Assembly (NCBI RefSeq): GCF_900090215.1
Contig: NZ_LT594522.1
Coordinates: forward strand, 30,001-62,000
DNA: 32,000 nucleotides
Source: a secondary endosymbiont of Trabutina mannipara
GTDB taxonomy: Bacteria; Pseudomonadota; Gammaproteobacteria; Enterobacterales; Enterobacteriaceae
Direction of reading: 5' to 3'
Both the position numbers and the translations under genes were made by a program. The notes under the pieces are model-generated. The model saw nothing but the letters and a program-made list of their open reading frames with translations, searched no databases and had not been told where the DNA came from. Each line of letters starts with the position of its first letter. The stretch's first letter is position 1. Shown one piece after another: positions 24,025 through 32,000 of the stretch.

Positions 24025-24111
24025 GGAGGGATGCCGGAGTGGTTTAACGGGACGGTCTCGAAAATCGTTAAGGAAGCAATTCCTTCCAGGGTTCGAATCC
24101 CTGTCCCTTCG
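24025..24111 (+). tRNA. serU: tRNA-Ser (anticodon CGA), long variable arm, no encoded CCA
   Basis: GGAGGGATGCCGGAGTGGTTTAACGGGACGGTCTCGAAAATCGTTAAGGAAGCAATTCCTTCCAGGGTTCGAATCCCTGTCCCTTCG resembles E. coli serU. Confidence 0.9.
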
Positions 24112-24195
24112 AATATAAATTATTTCAATATAACCATTTACCGCTAAATATTTTTTCTGAAAAAGAGGGCATTAATTACGTTTATGGGATATTAT

Positions 24196-26751
24196 TTAAA
24201 TAAATTTTTTATGATTTTTTATGAATAACGTATTATTTGTTTTTATTGATTTTACTACTTCTTGCGGTATACTTAATTTTACTTTACTTAGAGTGCTAAG
24301 TACTTCATATTTTAGTAATTTAAGCATATTATCAAATATATAAAAAGATTCACGTTTATATTCTTCTTTTGGATCTTTTTGAGCATATACCCGTAAATGG
24401 ATACTTTTACGTAAATAGTCCATCGCTGCTAGATGTTCTTTCCATAAAGAATCAAGTGTTTGCAGCATAACTACTTTTTCAAAAATACGCATAATCTCAC
24501 TACCTATAATATCTTCTTTACGTTGATAATGAATTAATGTATGTTCAAATAATCGATTACGCAGGTTATTTACTTTTAAGCTTGGTTCGTTATGTAACCA
24601 TTGTACTATAGGTATATATAGATCAAAGTCAGCTTTAAGTAGATGTTCTAATCCTTTAGCATCCCATATTTTTTCCAATGATTGCGGAATATATTTATCT
24701 AAAATAATATTTAATACGTCTTTGCGGATACTATTGATAATAGTACTCATATCAGCTACATCTACATCAAGTAATTCATTTCGCTGGGTGTAAATTGCTA
24801 TACGCTGATCGTTATCTACATCATCATATTCTAATAATTGTTTACGGATATCAAAATTACGGTTTTCTACCTTACGCTGAGCGTTTGCTATCGCTTTAGT
24901 TACCCATTTATGTTCAATAGCTTCTCCATTTTTTACACCCAGTTTACGTATTATTTTAGAAATACGATCAGAAGTAAAAATACGCATTAATGAATCTTCC
25001 ATAGAAAGATAAAATCTAGAAGATCCAGCGTCTCCCTGGCGTCCAGCGCGTCCACGAAGCTGATTATCAATACGGCGTGATTCATGCCGTTCTGTACCTA
25101 TAATATGCAATCCTCCAGCTGCCAATACTGCATTATGGCGTTTTTTCCAGGTATTATTCTCTTCATACTGCAAGTTTCCACCTAAAACAATATCGGTCCC
25201 TCTTCCTGCCATGTTTGTCGCTATTGTTACCGCTCCTGGTGCTCCTGCTTGAGATACAATTTCCGCTTCCATAGCGTTAAATTTTGCGTTAAGTACTTGG
25301 TGCTGTATACCTTTTTTTTTTAATTCAGAAGAAATTAGCTCTGATTTTTCAATAGAAATAGTACCAACCAATACTGGTTGTCCGCGTTCAGTACATATTT
25401 TAATATCATTAATGATGGCGTTAATTTTTTCTTTTTCTGTTATATAAACTAGATCTGCTAAATCTTTACGAATCATAGGACGATTAGTAGGTACTACTAT
25501 AGTATCTAGTTTATAGATTGAATATAATTCAAAAGCTTCAGTATTAGCTGTACCAGTCATACCAGCAAGTTTTTCATACAGTCTAAAATAGTTTTGAAAG
25601 GTAATAGACGCCAACGTTTGGTTTTCATTCTGTATTTTAACATCTTCTTTGGCTTCTATTGCTTGGTGTAATCCGTCAGACCAGCGACGACCTGGCATAC
25701 TGCGACCAGTATGTTTATCAACAATAATAATTTCTCCGTTTTTTACAATATAGTCTATATCACGATAAAATAGTACATTTGCTCGTAGTGCTGCGGTAAC
25801 ATGATGCATTAAAATAATATTGGTCGGCGAGTAAAGTGATTGACTAACATCCAGAAGACCATTTGTTACCAACATTTCTTCAATTAAGATGAGCCCCCTT
25901 TCAGTAAGATTAACTTGACGGTATTTCTCATCAACTGAGAAATGGCCTTCTCCTTTAAAACTTTCTGAGTCTTCTTTATTTTGACGAATTAAATAAGGAA
26001 TTATTTTGTTAACTATACGATACATATCAGAGTTATCTTCAGCAGGTCCTGAGATTATTAGTGGGGTACGAGCTTCGTCTATTAGTATTGAATCTACTTC
26101 ATCTATTAGTGCGTAATGCAATTTACGTTGTACTCTTTCTTCTGGACTAAATACCATATTATCGCGCAAATAGTCAAAAACATACTCGTTGTTAGTTCCA
26201 TAGGTTATATCAGCAGCGTAGGCGGCACGTTTTGCAGCTGCTGTAAGTACCGGAAGATTAATACCGACGCTTAACCCCAAAAAATCAAACAAAGTTCTAT
26301 TTTTTTCAGCATCGCGCTGTGTTAGGTAATCGTTTACCGTAACTATATGCACTCCTTTTCCGCTTAAAGCATTCAAGTATGCTGGCAGCGTAGAGGTCAA
26401 TGTTTTTCCTTCACCAGTGCGCATTTCTGCTGTACATCTTTCGTTTAACACAATACCTCCTATTAATTGGACATCAAAATGGCGCATTCCCAAAACACGT
26501 ATACTAGCTTCTCGTACTACTGCAAATGCTTCTGGCAACAATCTTTCTAAAGTTGCTCCTTTAAATATCCGTTCACGGAATTCAACAGTTTTTGCTGCAA
26601 GCTGTTTATCATTCAGCTTTTTAATTACAGGTTCCATTTTGTTAATAACATCTACTGTCTTACCTATACGACGTAAGGTGCGATCATTATGATTTCCAAA
26701 AAAAAATTTTTTATTTAAAATTTTTTTAAAAAATTTTGCTAACATAGTCAT
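24196..26751 (-). CDS. secA: preprotein translocase ATPase SecA (lacks the C-terminal zinc-binding tail)
   Basis: 851-aa ORF, colinear with E. coli SecA (901 aa) through ...[10 protein letters not shown]. The true start could be the third codon (MLAKFF, 26745) by alignment with E. coli MLIKLL. Confidence 0.97.
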   Translation of the reverse strand: MTMLAKFFKKILNKKFFFGNHNDRTLRRIGKTVDVINKMEPVIKKLNDKQLAAKTVEFRERIFKGATLERLLPEAFAVVREASIRVLGMRHFDVQLIGGIVLNERCTAEMRTGEGKTLTSTLPAYLNALSGKGVHIVTVNDYLTQRDAEKNRTLFDFLGLSVGINLPVLTAAAKRAAYAADITYGTNNEYVFDYLRDNMVFSPEERVQRKLHYALIDEVDSILIDEARTPLIISGPAEDNSDMYRIVNKIIPYLIRQNKEDSESFKGEGHFSVDEKYRQVNLTERGLILIEEMLVTNGLLDVSQSLYSPTNIILMHHVTAALRANVLFYRDIDYIVKNGEIIIVDKHTGRSMPGRRWSDGLHQAIEAKEDVKIQNENQTLASITFQNYFRLYEKLAGMTGTANTEAFELYSIYKLDTIVVPTNRPMIRKDLADLVYITEKEKINAIINDIKICTERGQPVLVGTISIEKSELISSELKKKGIQHQVLNAKFNAMEAEIVSQAGAPGAVTIATNMAGRGTDIVLGGNLQYEENNTWKKRHNAVLAAGGLHIIGTERHESRRIDNQLRGRAGRQGDAGSSRFYLSMEDSLMRIFTSDRISKIIRKLGVKNGEAIEHKWVTKAIANAQRKVENRNFDIRKQLLEYDDVDNDQRIAIYTQRNELLDVDVADMSTIINSIRKDVLNIILDKYIPQSLEKIWDAKGLEHLLKADFDLYIPIVQWLHNEPSLKVNNLRNRLFEHTLIHYQRKEDIIGSEIMRIFEKVVMLQTLDSLWKEHLAAMDYLRKSIHLRVYAQKDPKEEYKRESFYIFDNMLKLLKYEVLSTLSKVKLSIPQEVVKSIKTNNTLFIKNHKKFI

Positions 26752-26784
26752 TAATAAATATGCCCCTAGGGTATAAAAAAATTT

Positions 26785-26804
26785 TAGATTTAACTAGATT
26801 TAAG
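26785..26804. repeat. tandem 10 bp x2 (tagatttaac / tagatttaag), followed by further tagatt copies
   Basis: Read directly in the 93-bp secA / ORF160 divergent spacer. Confidence 0.75.
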
Positions 26805-26844
26805 ATTAAAATAGATTATGTATTCAAATTAAATAGGCATTATT

Positions 26845-27327
26845 ATGCGCGATATTCTTACTTCTAATCTTGATATATTATTCACTAATAAGACCCCCCA
26901 TATGTCTTTATTGTATATTCAGCAACGGGGAATCATGTTGCTGAATCTTAACCGTATAGTAAATAAACTACTACCGGTACCTTTGCGTTTTTGGTGTCGC
27001 GTTGCTAATATACACCAAAGTGTGATGGTAATAGAAATAGCAAATGCTAGCTGGAAGCTAAGATTTCTATATGAACAACATCAACTTTTATCCGCACTAA
27101 AAAAACAGATACTACCATCATTATCATCAATAAACATCAAGATTAATCCTGATCTTGATAAAAAAAAGGAACGTAGTATACAAAATACAGAAAAAAAACG
27201 ACATTTAAGCGTACAAAGCGCAGCATATATTAGTAATGTTGCTAAAAAAATTAGTCAAAAAAAATTAAAGAACGCACTGGAACGACTAACTAAATTGTCT
27301 ATAGAAAGTACCGATTCTTTTTGTTGA
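26845..27327 (+). CDS. 160-aa protein, putative DUF721/DciA-like (helicase-loader family) with a Lys-rich C-terminal tail
   Basis: Intact ORF with moderate GC (24/60 on the one sampled line, 26941-27000). The segment LPVPLRFWCRVANIHQSVMVIEIANASWKLRFLYEQHQLLSALKKQILPSLSSINIKINP fits the remembered DUF721 core pattern: hydrophobic beta strands, then S/A-x-W-x-x-x-L-R, then helix, then I/V-x-I/V-x-V-x-P. No search was run. Confidence that it is a real CDS is about 0.75; confidence in the family is about 0.5. Confidence 0.55.
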   Translation: MRDILTSNLDILFTNKTPHMSLLYIQQRGIMLLNLNRIVNKLLPVPLRFWCRVANIHQSVMVIEIANASWKLRFLYEQHQLLSALKKQILPSLSSINIKINPDLDKKKERSIQNTEKKRHLSVQSAAYISNVAKKISQKKLKNALERLTKLSIESTDSFC

Positions 27328-27413
27328 TTTAGAAATGGAGCATCCATAGAGAATATTCTGCATTTTTAGTTTTAAAGATGGCCATACTTCTTAAAGTAAT
27401 GCTGTTACATTTA

Positions 27414-28361
27414 TTATATTTTTTCTGCGATACGTAACACAGCGCTACGAGAACGTTGATTCTCGTTTATCTCTTGAGTAGAAGGCAGTATTTTTCCTAT
27501 TGATTTTAATTGAAGACGATTATTATTGTATTGCGCACTAATTTGCTGCTCTGTTAGCGGTAGCTTCGCTATTATTTGCGGTATACGGCTATGCTGACGA
27601 ATAAATTGTTTAACTAGCCGATCTTCTATTGAATGAAAACTAATAACTGACAGCCTTCCTCCTGGAGCCAACAAAGTTAGTGCTCCATCTAGAGCCTGTT
27701 TAATTTCTTTTAACTCATTATTAATATAAATCCTAATAGCTTGAAAACTGCGTCTTGCAGGATGCTTATGCTTATCGCGAAATGGAATATTGTTAGTAAT
27801 CAGTGCTACCAATTCTTGATTGCGAGTAATAGGTGGATGATGTCTATTTCGTAAAAATATGGCCTTAGCGATGCGCTTAGCAAAACGTTCATCACCGAAT
27901 TTTTTTAAAACAAAAGTTATATCATCTACTGATGCTCTTGTTAGCCATTGTGCAGCTGATTGACCGCAATTTTTATCCATACGCATATCAAGAAGTCCAT
28001 CATTCTTAAAAGAAAAACCTCTTTTCGGATCTTCAAACTGCGGTGAAGAGACACCAAGGTCTAACAATATTCCATTAATACGTCCTATAAGATTCCATTT
28101 TGCCATATGAAAAGTTATCTTAGAAAGAAGACCATGGATAATAGTAAAACGATAATCCTTAATATTATTAGCTATTTCCACAGCTGTGGGATCGCGATCA
28201 ATTGCGAATAGATGTCCATTGGCATTTATTTTTGATAAAATAAGACGTGAATGGCCGCCTCTACCAAATGTTCCATCTAAATAAACACCATCTGGATTAA
28301 TATTTAAACTTTTAACCGCTTCATTTAAGAATACGGTTTTATGTAAATAATTTTTTGACAT
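27414..28361 (-). CDS. rsmH: 16S rRNA (cytosine1402-N4)-methyltransferase
   Basis: 315-aa [36 protein letters not shown] and [12 protein letters not shown] match E. coli RsmH (MraW). Confidence 0.95.
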   Translation of the reverse strand: MSKNYLHKTVFLNEAVKSLNINPDGVYLDGTFGRGGHSRLILSKINANGHLFAIDRDPTAVEIANNIKDYRFTIIHGLLSKITFHMAKWNLIGRINGILLDLGVSSPQFEDPKRGFSFKNDGLLDMRMDKNCGQSAAQWLTRASVDDITFVLKKFGDERFAKRIAKAIFLRNRHHPPITRNQELVALITNNIPFRDKHKHPARRSFQAIRIYINNELKEIKQALDGALTLLAPGGRLSVISFHSIEDRLVKQFIRQHSRIPQIIAKLPLTEQQISAQYNNNRLQLKSIGKILPSTQEINENQRSRSAVLRIAEKI

Positions 28362-28437
28362 TTATTTAATTACTGAATTATTAATGATAATACTTATTAT
28401 AGCATTACATTAACGAATATCTATATAACTAGATAAT

Positions 28438-28466
28438 ATTTACTTTCTAATAAGATTTACTTTCTA
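28438..28466. repeat. direct repeat atttactttcta x2 at 17-bp spacing, plus a partial third copy (ttttcta)
   Basis: Read directly in the rsmH / leuB divergent spacer. Confidence 0.75.
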
Positions 28467-28529
28467 TTTTCTATGTATTAGCATATTTTAATTTAGATGC
28501 ACATTTTGTGTTTTTTTAAAATTAAATAA

Positions 28530-29624
<1,095 letters not shown>

Positions 29625-29643
29625 GTGAGGTATAATAAATATT

Positions 29644-31044
29644 ATGGTAAAATCGTTATACCAAAAATTATATGATGCACATGTTGTTTATGAAGTTGAA
29701 AACGAGGCGCCGCTGTTGTATATTGACCGACATTTAGTACATGAAGTAACCTCACCACAGGCTTTTGACGGTCTGCGCACAAAGGGACGCATCGTACGGC
29801 AGCCTAGTAAAACTTTTGCTACAATGGATCATAACGTTTCTACGCAAACTAAAGATATTAATGCATGTGGAGATATGGCTCGTATCCAGATGCAGGAGCT
29901 AATAAAAAATTGCACTGAATTTGGTATACAGCTTTATGACTTAAAGCATCCATACCAGGGTATTGTACATGTAATTGGTCCTGAACAAGGAATTACTCTG
30001 CCTGGTATGACTATTGTTTGCGGAGATTCTCATACTGCTACTCACGGTGCTTTTGGTGCTTTAGCATTCGGTATCGGTACATCTGAAGTGGAACATGTGC
30101 TAGCGACACAGACTTTAAAACAAAGTAGATCAAAAACTATGAGAATAGACGTAATAGGTAATACCGCATCTAGTATTACTGCAAAAGATATAATCTTAGC
30201 TATTATCGGTAAAATAGGCACTGCTGGAGGTACTGGACATGTAGTAGAATTCAGCGGTGTCGCTATACGATCGCTTAGTATGGAAGGCCGTATGACCTTG
30301 TGCAATATGGCTATTGAAATGGGTGCTAAAGCTGGTCTTATTGCACCTGATGATATTACCTACTCATATTTACAAAATCGTCAATTTTCTCCTAAAGGTG
30401 AAAATTGGCATCAAGCCTTAACCTATTGGAATACTCTAAAATCTGATAATGATGCTTATTTTGATAAAGTAATAACGCTGGATGTGCAAAATATAGCTCC
30501 CCAAATTACCTGGGGGACTAACCCTGGTCAAGTAATTGCTGTTAACCAGCCTATTCCGTCACCAGATTCATTTATCGATCCAGTGGAGCGACAATCAGCA
30601 GCAAAGGCGCTAGATTATATGGATTTAAAATCTGGAATTTACTTAACAGATGTGACAATTGATAAGGTTTTCATTGGTTCTTGTACTAATTCCCGTATTG
30701 AAGATCTTCGTGCTGCTGCAGCAGTTGCTCATGGACGTCGTGTAGCTAATGGCGTGCATGCTATCGTTGTACCAGGTTCTGGTCCTGTTAAAATGCAAGC
30801 AGAATTAGAAGGTTTAGATATTATTTTTATTGAAGCAGGTTTTGAATGGCGCCTGCCAGGTTGTTCTATGTGCATTGCAATGAACAACGATCGCTTAAAT
30901 CCAGGAGAACGCTGCGCTTCTACCAGTAATCGTAACTTTGAAGGACGCCAGGGACGTGGAGGACGTACTCATCTAGTAAGTCCCGCAATGGCAGCAGCTG
31001 CCGCAGTTTTTGGACGTTTCACTGATATTCGTGAATTAATTTAG
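29644..31044 (+). CDS. leuC: 3-isopropylmalate dehydratase large subunit
   Basis: 466-aa ORF. It matches E. coli LeuC throughout, including the Fe-S ligand region [11 protein letters not shown] and [10 protein letters not shown]. Confidence 0.97.
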   Translation: MVKSLYQKLYDAHVVYEVENEAPLLYIDRHLVHEVTSPQAFDGLRTKGRIVRQPSKTFATMDHNVSTQTKDINACGDMARIQMQELIKNCTEFGIQLYDLKHPYQGIVHVIGPEQGITLPGMTIVCGDSHTATHGAFGALAFGIGTSEVEHVLATQTLKQSRSKTMRIDVIGNTASSITAKDIILAIIGKIGTAGGTGHVVEFSGVAIRSLSMEGRMTLCNMAIEMGAKAGLIAPDDITYSYLQNRQFSPKGENWHQALTYWNTLKSDNDAYFDKVITLDVQNIAPQITWGTNPGQVIAVNQPIPSPDSFIDPVERQSAAKALDYMDLKSGIYLTDVTIDKVFIGSCTNSRIEDLRAAAAVAHGRRVANGVHAIVVPGSGPVKMQAELEGLDIIFIEAGFEWRLPGCSMCIAMNNDRLNPGERCASTSNRNFEGRQGRGGRTHLVSPAMAAAAAVFGRFTDIRELI

Positions 31045-31080
31045 TAAAAAAGTAAAAAGAAAAACGGAAGTAAAAATAAA

Positions 31081-31683
31081 ATGGCTAAATTTATAAAACA
31101 TACCGGTATCGTTTTACCTCTTGATGTAGCTAATGTTGATACTGATGCAATTATTCCTAAGCAATTCTTGCAGAAGGTAACCCGTACCGGTTTTGGCCAA
31201 CACTTATTCAATGATTGGCGTTTTTTAGATAATGCAGGAAAAAAAATAAATCAAGATTTTGTATTAAATCAACCGCGCTACCACGGAGCAAGTATTTTAC
31301 TTGCACGAGAAAATTTTGGTTGCGGGTCTTCGCGTGAGCACGCGCCATGGGCGTTAATAGATTACGGTTTTCATGCGTTGATAGCACCAAGTTTTGCTGA
31401 TATTTTTTATAGTAACAGTATTAACAATCAATTGTTACCGATTACAATTTCGGAAAATCATGTTAATGATCTATTTACTATGGTTACGACGCAGGAAGTT
31501 ATAACTTTCACCGTTAACTTAGAACACCAGCAAGTAGTAGCTGGTGATAAAATTTATTTTTTTGAAATAGAAACTTTTAGCCGTTATTGTTTAATAAATG
31601 GTATCGATAGTATCGGTCTTACGCTAAGGCATGATGAAGCAATAAGCAAATACGAAATGCATCAGTTGTCATTTCTAAACTAG
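31081..31683 (+). CDS. leuD: 3-isopropylmalate dehydratase small subunit
   Basis: 200-aa [24 protein letters not shown] and [18 protein letters not shown] match E. coli LeuD. Confidence 0.97.
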   Translation: MAKFIKHTGIVLPLDVANVDTDAIIPKQFLQKVTRTGFGQHLFNDWRFLDNAGKKINQDFVLNQPRYHGASILLARENFGCGSSREHAPWALIDYGFHALIAPSFADIFYSNSINNQLLPITISENHVNDLFTMVTTQEVITFTVNLEHQQVVAGDKIYFFEIETFSRYCLINGIDSIGLTLRHDEAISKYEMHQLSFLN

Positions 31684-31778
31684 ATAAAATTAATTTTTTT
31701 AGATATAAATGATTTAAACGCGCTTTTAAAGCGTAAAAGTCAATTTAACGATAATTTGAATGCTTTATTCTTTTAAGA

Positions 31779-32000
31779 ATGCATATTTTGGTAATCTTTT
31801 TTATATTACTATTAGGTACAAACAGCGCCTTTGCTACTTTACAGGTATTAGATAAAGTTGCCGCTGTAGTTAATAAAGACATAGTACTTGAAAGCGATAT
31901 TAACAGTATGCTAAATATGATGAAATACGGAAATAAAGAATACAATCAACAATTTTTTGAAGAAAAAACACTGCACAGCAAGATTCTCAATCGGCTAATT
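31779..32000 (+). CDS. surA: periplasmic chaperone / PPIase SurA, N-terminal 74 codons (continues past the window)
   Basis: The hand-translated open-ended frame is MHILVIFFILLLGTNSAFATLQVLDKVAAVVNKDIVLESDINSML...LHSKILNRLI. VDKVAAVVN..VVLESDV and the signal peptide match E. coli SurA. It is missing from the ORF track because no stop lies in the window. Confidence 0.85.
   Translation, partial: MHILVIFFILLLGTNSAFATLQVLDKVAAVVNKDIVLESDINSMLNMMKYGNKEYNQQFFEEKTLHSKILNRLI

Noticed and set aside
28497-28529. Mini-ORF MHILCFFKIK just upstream of leuB, considered as a possible leuL-type attenuator leader.
   Set aside because: It has a single Leu codon rather than a Leu run, and no terminator/antiterminator hairpins follow it. 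Small ORFs are frequent by chance in AT-rich spacers.

Overview
AT-rich, gene-dense housekeeping segment of a reduced gammaproteobacterial genome. The 16S sequence and gene order are Enterobacterales-type, and the overall picture best fits an insect endosymbiont. I support 21 protein genes: an MscK/MscM-like channel, trpS, aroK, sucCD, cydAB, dnaQ, rnhA, gltX, bamD, rluD, clpB, asnS, secA, a 160-aa DUF721/DciA-like ORF, rsmH, leuBCD and surA. There is one complete rRNA operon (16S, tRNA-Ile, tRNA-Ala, 23S, 5S) and six further tRNAs. I saw no transposase, integrase, phage gene, CRISPR array or defence/toxin cassette. Gene blocks are colinear with E. coli but show large in-situ gaps. The most notable gap is rsmH to secA, only 662 bp apart, where E. 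coli carries ftsL through secM (16 genes). That gap holds only the divergently oriented DciA-like ORF. Other points worth a second look: cydA is broken in a T9 homopolymer, where T10 would restore the frame. A decayed cydX start (MWY then TAG) lies after cydB. leuBCD lacks leuL and leuA. GC and GC3 rise clearly between the left (about 1-23.7 kb) and right (about 24.2-31.7 kb) parts. Intergenic spacers carry many perfect 10-20 bp tandem duplications. Half of the tRNA genes lack an encoded CCA. All homology calls come from hand comparison with remembered E. coli sequences, not from database searches.
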